Shown here piece after piece: positions 49,431-61,070 of a DNA stretch of 64,000 nt (positions are counted from its first letter, which is position 1; the number at the start of each line of letters is the position of its first letter). This DNA is from Psammoneis japonica (Eukaryota), in assembly GCA_008632985.1 (NCBI GenBank), contig QPGO01000128.1, forward strand, positions 124,001 through 188,000. Direction: 5' to 3'. The notes under the pieces were generated by a model, which was not told the DNA's origin, made no database searches, and saw only the letters and a program-made list of their open reading frames with translations. The position numbers and the translations under genes are program-made.

Positions 49431-52400
49431 GTGGAGGACAACATTGCATGAGGGGGGGGTTCCTGCAAAGGGAGTGATTCAAGGACATTCTCATTTGACT
49501 CTTGCCGCTGCCTGCAAAGTTGCGCAACATCTTCTAAATGCAACAACTGAGTTGCACAATGATGCAACTCAATCAGTTGCAAGTTGATGGTCAGAGAGAG
49601 CAAAGCAAGTCTTGCCTGATGGAGCTGAGGTGATCAAGTCTCGTTTTGACAGGTGACAAGCTGCAGAGCAAGCTGGAGAAAGTCAATGCCGTGCACAAAG
49701 AGATGTTCCATCTGTCTGACAGTGTCGACTCTGATCAGTGAAAGTTCAGTCATGTTTTCCTGGATGATGACAATGTTCGATCATGAGGTTCTACACAAAG
49801 CAAAGGAATGTCTCATTTCCTGTCACTCTCCACCCCCTTGAATGGAGTGAGTGAATGTGGACAGCATTCAGGGAAAGAATGTGAGCAGGAACAAGCCAAA
49901 GGGCACATTCAATCATCACCCAAATTGTTTTCTTGGTGCCTTGAGTTTTTGCAAGGATGTCTCTGTGAGTTGACTGTCTGTGGGGCCCACACCAGGACAT
50001 GATGCTGGTGACCCACACAAGAGGAAAATGCTGTGACCCCCTCTCGTCAGCTGACATGTTGGCAACACTGCTCAATGTGTCATGTGCACTTGGTCTGCTG
50101 ATCATTGGTGCTCATCTGAACAGTGACCTTGTTGTCCAGAAAGAGAATGGCAGGAGCAGCAGCAAGACATTGGGGGGCTCAGTTGAGCACTTCTCTTGGC
50201 CAACCCCAACAAGGTGCAAGCGAAGTCTTGCAAGCATGGCAACATGCAAAAGTGAGCAACTGCCACAGCACTGGCACAAGCACCCATCCACTCAGACTCT
50301 GCAGAAGATGTTGTGAAAAGGGTGGAGAGAGATGGGCTGGCGCGTCAAATGTTGCCCCATTGAAGAAAATCACAGTTCCGACAGTTTTGATCTCCTGGCA
50401 CATCAGGGCAGCCCTCCTGCCAGCTCTCATCTCAGTGAACACAATGGACTCCAAATGACTGATGTTTCAAGCTTTGCAAATTGTCAACACTGGGCTCTTA
50501 GATGAAAAAACCAGATCTAAATTTTGCAGTGCCATCACTCCTTTGCCAGCTGTGCTGGTGCCGGCTGACCCACACCCCCAGCACACAGCAGTCAATTGAG
50601 GCAGGAGCGCTTGCATGGGATCAGCTGGAATGGGCATTGCCAGAAGGTGTGACACCCCGCCAAGACAACAATTGAAAAGGAATGATTCACACGAGGGATT
50701 TGTTGCATGCTTGTTGATGACAGCCACAGAAGGCACACCACAACTGTGGTGGACAATTGCACTCGGATGTGTTTTTAGAACAGTCCACAAAAGGAGCCTT
50801 GAAGGTGAGACAAAAGCAGGTCATCGGAGAAAACATTCATGGCATGTAGAAACAACACTGAGTCTTGCATGGAAAAGCTGATGAGAGCAGCAAACTGAAG
50901 ACAATCAAATGGCACCACAGGATGACTTGCGCTCTTGCTGAAAAGGGCCGCAACAGAAGCAGCACATTCGCTGCAAAGAGTGAAGTGCTTGATTGCACAG
51001 CAGAGAAAAGAAGAGAGGTTGAAGACCAATTGGCAAGGAGACAAAAGAAGCAGTCCAGTGAAGTGACACACAGACAGTCAGTGGCAACACGCAGAAACAA
51101 CACCAGATCTTGCATGGAAAAACCAATGGGAGCAGCAAATGGACGACAATCAAGTGGCGCTTGCACCACAAAGAGTGAAGGACTTGATTGCACAGCAAGG
51201 AAAAGAAGCAGCATTGAAGACCGATTTGAAAGGACAAACGTGGGCCAGCGAAGTGACGTGCAGATTGTCAGCAGCATCTGCAGATCCGTGCAGAATTTGC
51301 ACTGGAACCTGTGTGGAAAATTTTGCAGACAACAGAAAATTGTGAGAAACAACAACCAGCATGCAAGCCAACAGGTCACAACACTCATTTTGTTTTCCAC
51401 TGATGAGCTTTGCTCATCATGCTGCAACAAGGATGCACCATTGGCAAACGTGGACAGAATGGGCTTGTTGGAGCCAAATCAACACCATCTGAGAATGGCA
51501 ACATCAGCATGAGAACACGCACAGAAACACATGTGGGAGGTTGCCAGTGGGTGCTCATGCAAAAGAGCACTGGGCTCTTAGATGGATCCCAGCAAAGCTC
51601 AGCTGTCAGATCCTGGTGGCTCTGAAGACAGCCAAAGAGATGAACAAGGGCATCAAAGTCATCAATGCCAAGGCCAGCGACAGAGCCTTGGCAAGCTTGC
51701 AAGTGTCCCAGAGGATGTTTGCATGGGTGTCACAGGCAAGGCAGATGATTGAACAGAGGACAGGCCAAAAATTCAAGCCAGGGTGCTTGGCAGCAACTGC
51801 CTTGGCATCCACCTCTGACTTGAGATGACTTCTTGCCTTGGAGCACACAACGGACAGGAGCTGGTGCATCTTGGAATGCTGGGCTGTCCTGGCAGCCCAG
51901 TGCTGTGGCAAGTCATGAGCAAAGAGCAACAATGTTCAAGGGGGAAGGAGCCATCCTTGTGTCAATGGATGTGCATCCTCTGAAAAAACCAAGTCACATG
52001 GTCGCTGAACATGGCGCTGGTGCATTTGGACTTGACGAGTTGATCAAACTCATCCTTTTCAACTTTCAACATGACAATTGCCAGAGCCAAAACTGATGAT
52101 GTCATTGGCACAGAAGATCAACTTGAAACACAAGCTGTCAAGGAATTGTTGAGCAAAGGGACAAGAAGGAGGGGGGCGCAGGTGCAGACATGCAATGTTC
52201 GGAACAAAAAAGGTGCGTGCCCATCACCAAAAATCAACATTGTTGTCATGTTGTTCATGCAATGCTGACATGAAACAACTTGTTTGCTGCAAAAGAAGGG
52301 GCCAAGAACAAGCTGCAGTTGAGGTCCAGAATGTGCCACACAACCAAAAAAACAAGGTTGGTGGGAAAGCCTTGATCATCCTTGAAGCAGAGCACAGTTG

Positions 52401-54130
52401 AAACTTTTGTTGCATTGAGAGCAGTGCTCAGCAGTGTTGGCAGGGACCCAACAATCAGTGCTGTTCTCAAGATCATCATGTTGCACATTGTGAGAGGACA
52501 TGTCAGAGTCAACCATCCAGCTGCAAATGTTGCTGAGGTTGGTGTTGCTTGACAAGGGATGTTGCAGGCATGCAATCAAAGAACAGTCAAAAGGACATTT
52601 TCTTGAATTCAGAGAGAGAGAGAGAGAGAGCAAAGCAGGCCTTGCTTGATGGAGAGCTGAGGTGATCACAAATCTCATGCCAAAGAAGGGCAAGACAAGC
52701 CAGAGCAAGTGGAAGAAAGTCACACAAAGAGATTTTCCAGACATTGTGAAAGGATCAAAAGCCAGCCTCTGATCCAAAACAAAGTGGTTGACAGAGTTGT
52801 GTTTGAGAGAGCAAGGAGCCTCTCCAAGAACTGTGTCAACCCCAATCAGCAAAAGTTCAGGCAGCCATGGCTTTTTGGATGAGGGTGACAATGTCTGGAC
52901 ATGATGAGGTTCTGCACAAAGCATGGGAATGGTCATTCCCTGTCACAAGTGCACTGCAGAGTTTGCAAGACACACATCCAGTTGTGGGGCATTGCAGATG
53001 TGTGGACATGATGCTTCATGCTGTGCAAGTGCAGTTTGTGGGCACTGTTGCTGCGGGAGCTGCTCCAGTGCATGCTGTTGCTCAGCTCATTTTTTGAAGT
53101 GTCTGATTTTTGGCTTCACCATCATTGTCATCTCATGTGCATTTTGGCCATTGCAGAGAATTTTTAATCTTGAAAACAATCACAAAGAGTGTCTTTTGGG
53201 TTGGCAGCATCAAACAAACATGCACTCAGTCAGAAGTGCCACAGAAACAGAAAAAAGTGCCAATCTGTCTCCTGTGGAATGATGTTCACAACACCCACCT
53301 GCCAAGGAACAACAAGCACAAGGGTTGGAAATGTGCTCTGAATTGGAGCAATTGCAGCCAGATGCACTGCTGTTTGCTGGCATGATGTGCAGCATTTGCC
53401 ACAGACTCTGGGTTCTGATTCTGCAACTCTCACTCCAGGTTTTGTCTGACAGAAAAACTCTACAAAATGCTGCACTGCTGCAGTGCTCACACAACTTGTG
53501 CACAGAGAAACACCCAAGAACATGCCAGTTGTGTTTTCATGACACCCTTGACTTTAACCATTGTCAAATGGAAACACTCCTCATTTGCAAAGCATTGCGC
53601 TGGCATCTTGCAAATGTGCATTGACAGTTGTTGCCATGCTCAAGCAACTCCCACAAGGCAAAGCTGCTCTCAAGTGTCATCACACCATGTGCAGCAAGCA
53701 GGCATGCAAGGGTCATTGCAAGTGGTCATGATCAACATGACTAATTTGCCAATCTTTGGATGCATCATCAAAACAATCTGGGGTTCTGAACTTCTGTGTT
53801 TTTTTTTGTTGCCAGAAGCACCAGGAGCGGCATCACCTTTGTTCTTCTTGTGCAAGCAGCCTGCTTCTGACAATGCCTGAATGGCCTCCACCACTGCGTG
53901 CCATCCTTTTCCCTCAAGGTCAGGAAACATTTGTCCCAAATTCTTTGAGGAAGACATCCTTCAAACTCCTCTGCCTCACAGCAAGTGCACTGGAGCTCTT
54001 CACTCACCGGAGTGACAGCAAAATGGCAATTGCCTCTGCAGTCATCTGCTTGGAGGGCACCTGAATTTGATGCACCTCAGAGGCAGAGATGAGATGTTGG
54101 ACTTGTGGGCAGAGTCCTGGGATGTTTGTG
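49430..54130. repeat. heavily eroded repeat mosaic
   Basis: 49594-49830 resembles 52624-52945; 49434-49560 resembles 55966-56090; 50863-51040 resembles 51109-51235; both TA and CG depleted. Confidence 0.7.
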
Positions 54131-54137
54131 TGCACCA

Positions 54138-55965
54138 TCTTTCTGCGACAAGCTGCTGAGAATTCGTCTTTGTTGGTGTTGGATGCTGAACTTGGATTAA
54201 AGACAAGTGGAGGGCTTCTGTGTCACATCCATTTTGGGTTTGTTCTCAAGGTTTGTCTGTGAGCACACTGAGTGGTCCATCCAATCCATGCTTTGGTTTG
54301 TGGGGCATTTGGTTTTCGTCAATTCTGACTTTTGGAACGTGGGTGCATGAAAACAAGCATGTTGCATTTGTTCTCTGCTGTCGGAAGATGACACAACAGA
54401 AATGGAGAGCTGGCAGAGTGTTGATTGCATGAGCCTCTGCTTCTTGGCGGAGTGCAAGCATTGACAAGTGCTGTCTAGAATGAGTCCATCTGCATCAAAG
54501 GCTCTTTCCGAATGCATTGCCTTGGGCCAGAACATGCTGAAAACAACTTGTTCCCAGTGTTTGACAGAGAAGCTGTTGAGCAAGCACTGTGGTTGCTGCA
54601 GAAGCATTGGAAATGGGTGCGCACAATGTACAAGCAGGAAGAACAAAGGGAGTGCAATGCTGACATCATGAGTGGCTAACTTGTGTCGCTAAACCTGAGT
54701 CATTTTCCTTCCTCACCCTTGAGCATGCACTGTGCCATGGCCGGTGTTAACTGCAGAACCTTTGAGGTTGGGAGAAAACATCATTGCCCACATGTGATTG
54801 GGCTCTGACAAAGGAACCACTTCAGCTTGAGGTGACAACTTGTTGCCTTCCTCAATGAGATGAGTGCCGGCATCTTCGGATTCACCTTCACGCAGCATGA
54901 AACCAGCCATGCCCGCAACAAGCGTGGGCGCATCTGAAACGCTGCACCAAGGCAAGCTGACTTTCATTGTGACTTGGCTCCAACCACTCAGCTGCTCTTT
55001 TACATCCTTTGAACCACCAATTTCCATGGGCTCACCCGGCATGCTGCCTCCACCACCCACCACACATGTTGTGCCCCGTGGTGTCCATGAGGATGTTGAT
55101 CCAGAACTTTGCCACCGCAGGATCGTTGGGATTCTTCCTGGTGTTGGCCAGATTTGCAAAGACATCCAAGACGGTTTTCCAAAAATTCGGTCCAAGGCGC
55201 ATTTCGGTTTGCATGGGCTTCAAGATCTGGTGGACTTGCTCAAGTTTGGTTGACAGACTCTCCCAATCCGCAACATTTCCTGACACTCTGGCCCACGCAG
55301 ACCACACCCAGCAATGCATCTTGCAGGTGAAGAATTCCTGCAGACTTCCCATCAAATTAATCTGAGATGCAATCTTGTGCTCAGCGCCAGACATGCCAAA
55401 GTTGTTCTGCATTTCTTTTGCAAACTCGGGCACTTTGATCTTTTTCCCAATTTCACAGGCAAATGCTTCGAACAAAAAGTCGCAGTCCGCATCGTGTGTG
55501 GTGCAGCAAGGGAGATGATGGCAATGTTTTCTTTGCCTTGATGAGAAACAAACAAGTCTCTCACCTTTTGCGATGATGCACGGTTTGGCTTGGTGGCCTC
55601 ATTGACAGCCTTCGCAGTGCAACAGGCAATGGGAAACCGCCAGTCTTTGGGAGATGTGCACAGGATCTAATGGTTTTTCCAAGCTTCAAAGATGCACCCA
55701 AAGAGACCAAAATGCCAGGACAGCAAACTTTGTCATTGGACTTTCCAAAAAACCAACTTCGACGTTGGAAGTTGGACTTTCCAGAACCAACAGCGCACGT
55801 CTTGTCGGGAATGAGAAGATTTGCCAACCGTTCTGATGGCAGCTTTAGTGCAGAGGTGCTTTTTCAAAGCCTGCTGCCAAAGATGGCTTCAATCAGGCAT
55901 CAAGCTTCAAATCAACCAGGATGTCATAGTTGCCTTTTTCTTGGCAATCTTGGGCTTGCTGTTGA
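54138..55965. pseudogene. eroded segmental copy of 39281-40965 (3' end of membrane paralogue B plus the DUF4419-like gene)
   Basis: Colinear alignment: gagaattcgtctttgt, tggtccatccaatccat, gtgtccatgaggatgttgatccagaactttgccaccgc, ctgctgccaaagatggcttcaatca. Confidence 0.95.
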
Positions 55966-56829
55966 GGAGGACAACATTGTGAGAGGGGGGTTTCCTGCAA
56001 AGCAAGTGATTCAAGAGCATTTTTTCAACTCTTGTCGCCACTTCTCTCCAACTGCAATGGATTTTTTTTAGAAAAGCATGGAGTTGCACAAACCTCATGC
56101 GAGTTCAGTCATGCTGTGACTCATTCAGTCGGGAGCACAGGTGTGATGTGCGGAGCTCATCATCCGAGATGCAAATGCCTTCCACAGTCAATCACGACAC
56201 TGATCAATCAATCGCGGATGTGCATTTTGGGCATCACCACACATCGTCAAGGCATGCACCAGGGTGCCAAATGCATCATGGTTGACAAAACTACGAAGAG
56301 CAGGACTTGAGACGATGCCAGACAGTGGGTTGTTGAGAGACAACTGGCCAATGCCATTGTCGCGCATTCCATGTGGTTCGCACGCGCGGCGAGGCATGAA
56401 CTCGAGTGGTTTTTTCATGAAGGTCTCACATTTGGATGTGGTCATGTCTTGTTTTGTGCACTTTCTGCAAAGCCATGCAGAAAAACAAGGGAGTTTAGAG
56501 CCGGGTTTCAGAAAAAAAGATTTGATTTTGTGGGTCATGTTTTCGTCATTTCCTCAACACCCATCGCCTCAGCCAATGGGCCACACCCAAGCTCTTTTCC
56601 TTGTTGCACTGAGTTTGCAATTTACGTTCATGTCGACGTTTCAGTTGACAAAAATCAGACAAACAAGAGCAAATGCAAGGAGATGCGGTGGTGCTTTTCA
56701 CCTCTCAATGTGGCAAGCATTTGAGATTTTGAATGATGCAGTGTCTGAAGCATGTTTTGAACCAGCTGCAAATGACGCACATCTGACTTGCAACAGGCCA
56801 GCTTTCAAATTGTCTTCTTCCACAGAGTG

Positions 56830-59283
56830 CTGTCACGGCAGATGAGATCGCATGAGACCTGCAGAACCAATTTTGGCAACCTCGTCAGAGTCACGTTCAA
56901 GTGCATCAGAGGGAAAGCAAGAAGAACACAAAGAGCAAGACAATCACCACAATGAAATTTTAGATTCAATTGTTCAACACTTCTGCAAAGACAAACCACC
57001 ATCTGTGGAGGAGAAAGTGGAGGCAACAGTCTGAATGGCAACACCAAACATTCTCTAGATTCTCTCAGTGACGTTCCCAGGGCAAACGTCCAGCTGCCAC
57101 CGGGATGGGGCAAAACGCCGCTTGCCTTGAAATCAATCAAAACTTTTGCATTGGATGGCTCAGGTCCAAGAAGAGCAAGACTCCAGTCAGTCATTCATGT
57201 GACACCAACTCTGAAACTTGTGGATCAAGTTCTGGGTGACTTGGGTCAACTCGGGGCATTTGATCATGTGCCTCACTTTCGATCAATTGTGGCAAGTCAG
57301 ACCAATCAAACCAAAACATGCACAACCTCTTCTGACATGTGAGATCATTGCGACTTTTCTGAGCTCTGACAAAAATGCACTGTCGTTTGTTTGCTGCACT
57401 TGCAAATCTTCACCCAAGGTTGGAGAGGCACCAAGGCAGCTGGACGCCAGCATGGGTTTGCCTGTTTTTGATGAAGCACAAGAGATGGAAGGGATTGGCA
57501 AATCATCTGGCTGTGGTCTCCATGACTCAAATCTTCCAGTTGATTGTTGCCTGTTTGCAACAGCTGCACCTTGTGGGTGCACCGACAATCCACAACAACC
57601 CAGCATTGTCGGTGACAAACTTTGCAAGGATGGTTCTCGAATGCTCATTTCCAAGAGAAATTCAGAGCCCAAGAAGGATGCTGGTGTCCTCAGCTTAACC
57701 ACAAGACTCTGTTTGGACCATGCCTTGCAAAATGGATGCTGGGTGATGCTGTGAGTCAAAATGTCACCACTCCGATTGCGCTGTGTGTTTTGGATGACAA
57801 AGAAATCACTCAATTTCTCTGCAACAATCACACGGCTGGTTCAGAAATTCATTCAAAGGACTTCATGCTTCCACTCACCATCCAAGCAGCATTTCACAAA
57901 CTCAATGTGAGCCGCGCTGTTTCCTTTCATTTGACAAACTGCTGCGCATGGGCTTTTGTGCATGATGCAGAGCATCGGTTCTCAAGATGGACAATGGACA
58001 ACATCGCCGCATTTGCTGTCTGTGGCAGCTCTGACATGTCTCCTTCCAAGTGGGAAGAAATCTTGTCGAGAGCCAAAAGAGCTGCCAAATTGATTGTGGC
58101 CAATTGCAGAGCTCTGGTGACTGGTGTGGACGAGGTGGATTGGGATTTGGCGGTGATGGCCGATCCCGTCCAAAGTGCCATTGACGCTCGCCAAATGATT
58201 GGATGTGTTGGCCGGAAAGCTCCTGGCAAACAACATGGCTGTGTGCTTGCACCAGTGCCTGCAAATGGTGATGAGGGGCTCATGCAAGACAAAGGTGGCC
58301 ATGAATCTTTTGTGTTTGCATTTGATGCAATAGTCAGATTGGACATTGAATTGCGGGAGGATGTCGTGTTTGTGATTGATGAGAGTGCCAGGCTTGGAAG
58401 GCCTTTGCGTGATGCAGAGTTGCCCTCTTGGGCACTTGAATCATTCTCATGCTTCCAGACTCAATGTTCCTTGAAACAATGAATGACATCATGAATTGGG
58501 CAATCACAAAACACAAGAATTGTGAAAGTGACTGGGATCAAATGCGTGAATTGCTTTTGGTTTATAAAAAAGAGAAGGAAAAAGCAAAGTTGCACAAAAA
58601 AGCACAAAGAGGATGGAAAGAACCTTGGAGTGTGGTCAAGTGGGCAACGTGTTTTGAGGAATGCTGGGAAGCTTGACAGCACTCTTGAGGAACTTCTCAA
58701 AGGCATTGGCATTCTTTGGGATGTTCCTTTTGAACAATGGGAAAAAATGTTTCGACTCCTCGTGCAACACAAGAAACACGAGAAACATTGCAATGCACCA
58801 AGAAGGCACATGAAGAGGATGGGAAGAACCTTGGAGGATGGTTGCAAATGCAATGAGCGGCAAGAAAATCCAGCAAGCTCAAACATTTCTGTGAGAAACA
58901 GCCAAAATTTTTTGGCATTGTTTGGGGTGTTGCTGCTGAATTCGGGGAAGCAATGTTTTGACTTCCCGTCCAGTGCAAGAAATGTGAAAGGGGTTGCAAC
59001 GTTCCACGTGTTCACGTTGAGAATGGGAAGAAACTTGGACAATGGTTGGGTGAACAGCGCTCAATGAAAAAAGGTGGGAAAGCTCAACCAGGTGCTCGAA
59101 AAGCAACTCTGGGATGTGGGCATTGTTTGGAAGCCTCTTTCGCAACAATGGGAGACAATGTTTTCGCTTCTTGTTGAACTCAAGAAACGGGAAACAACCG
59201 AAGCAATGAAATACAATCACTACGAAAACGTCATTGAGAAGGATTTGCTCCTTCTGAAGGCTTGGTGTGTTGCCTTTCAGTAG
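56830..59283 (+). pseudogene. SF2 DExH helicase with C-terminal helicase-associated (HA) repeats, pseudogenised
   Basis: LPPGWGKT (Walker A, ~57094), VIHVTPTLKLVDQ, VFDEAQ..LFATAAP, TGVDEVDWD..QMIGCVGRKAPGK; repeated WEKMF.LLV..K..HCN.P..G..LG.W units; frameshifts. Confidence 0.8.
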
Positions 59284-59343
59284 CAGCAACTCACCATCTA
59301 GGGTTTGCAAAGCTGAAATAACTAAAAAGCGTTGTAGTAATGG

Positions 59344-60015
59344 CTATTCGTCTCGTGGACGCTTACGAGTATTGTCGCTCGATAGAGTCCCCGAACCAAT
59401 GTTTGCATGTTGCTGTTCCAGTCGCAAAAATTCTGATAGGATCTCTTGTCGTTCCTTGGCTAGTCTCATTTCAACTCGTGCTGTATACATGTTGTTGCTT
59501 TTGTTTTCTTGTGTTTTCTTGGTGTCTTGCTTGTCAATTTTGTGGTTTTGATAGGGCACCACAAAGTGCGCGTGAGGCATGAGGAGCGAGTGCACCTGTT
59601 GTAGCGTATCACGGTATTGTTTGCTTAGCTCTGAAACCTCATCTTGGTTGAAATTCAAATCCGAAAGCGACTGCGTCGTGGTGGATGCCAATTCCAACAG
59701 TTTCCAAGTCTTTTGCTCTGCCACCTCCAAATCTTTTAGTACAGATTGGCGTTGCTCGATTCGCTTCTGCAAGGCTTCCTTTTGTTTCTGTTTGATGAAT
59801 TCGTCATTATTAGTATCCTTTTTCGTCTCTGATGCAGCACTCTCGCTGGAAGCAGACCTTTCTCGGGCTGCCGTCATGCTTGCAAACTTTCCGCGACGTG
59901 GTGGTGCTGATGCAGGCGGTGCCGACTGTTGTTGTTGTTGCTGCTGCTGCTGAGCTGCAGCCATGCTTGCAAACTTGTCGCGTTTTGGGGCCGCAGGCTT
60001 GTTTGAAGGTTCCAT
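59344..60015 (-). CDS. coiled-coil protein, possibly Mediator subunit 11-like
   Basis: Intact 223 aa ORF with polyQ N-terminus; L.DLE.AE..TWKLLELA..YRDTLQQVH..Y.AR pattern resembles MED11. Confidence 0.6.
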   Translation of the reverse strand: MEPSNKPAAPKRDKFASMAAAQQQQQQQQQSAPPASAPPRRGKFASMTAARERSASSESAASETKKDTNNDEFIKQKQKEALQKRIEQRQSVLKDLEVAEQKTWKLLELASTTTQSLSDLNFNQDEVSELSKQYRDTLQQVHSLLMPHAHFVVPYQNHKIDKQDTKKTQENKSNNMYTARVEMRLAKERQEILSEFLRLEQQHANIGSGTLSSDNTRKRPRDE

Positions 60016-61070
60016 CTTTCAATAATATATACCGGTAGAATTGTAATGGCAGAGAAGGAACAGCAATGAATGAATGACGGTTGCGTTGTTAGGTGATACC
60101 TGGTATGTTTTATGTTTACAGTATGTCATGGTCATGGTCCGAAGGCGACAGTTACAACGCCGCAACAACCGTAGCAAGTGCTTTAGAAAACCTCGTACCT
60201 CGTACTCTCTCTCTCTCTCAACCTCCGTCGTCTGTTATCACCCGTGTGCCAGGGCTCACAATGGAGTCCCTTGTATCCGCACTCTCTAGCAGCAGGAACT
60301 AGACTACCGTGAAGCACCGAGAGACTCAATACATCCTTGACAGCACCGGTTGGTTGGTCTTCTATTGCCATTTGACTGCACTGTGCCATGCGGGCCTGTG
60401 GAAAATGTTGCAAAACAAAAGAAGAAGCAGCTGCGTGTTGCCCAACGACATCTCAGGAGCTGCGAAACTGTTGAACCTGTCCCCACAACCAAAGAAAATG
60501 GAGGAGCTGCAAACCAGCTACATTCATCTCCACAAGACTCCATGGAACAACGTGCATCCTTCATTTGCCAAATGAAAAAGAAAAGAGCAAGGGTGTCTTC
60601 GTTGAAACAACCGTGAAGGGTCTTGTGTCTTTTTCCACAGCACGAGAACAACCAATGCAAGACACACCCTGTTTGGTGCTCCACCAGTCCCTTTTGAAAT
60701 GGTGAGCCAGGATCGTGGAATGCTGATGCGAGAAAGCCAGACGACAAACAAGAGCCACCAGAGGCGATTCCCCATTGGTCGGCAAATCTTGGCGGATGCA
60801 AAGGCCTGCAGACAATTGACAAGGACAGTGCAGAGGATGACAGTTCACCAGATTCACAAAATGGTGTTCTGGTGGAATGAGCATGCCAACGGCACAAAGT
60901 GTTTGAGAAGAAAGAAACAGAATCTGTGGAGCAGTCCAAAGCAGCAGAAAGGCTTGGCGCCCTCATGTTTGTTTGGTGTTGACGATTGCCGTGCTGTTGC
61001 CGTTCGTGCCGAACTGGCATGTGCCAAAGTGAGAAAGTCAGACTGCCAAGAGAAGTGAACATTGGTGTGT

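Noticed and set aside
54138..55965. Classical RIP or CpG decay alone as the explanation
   Set aside because: RIP creates TpA and CpG decay does not touch TpA; the intact donor shows TA->TG/CA
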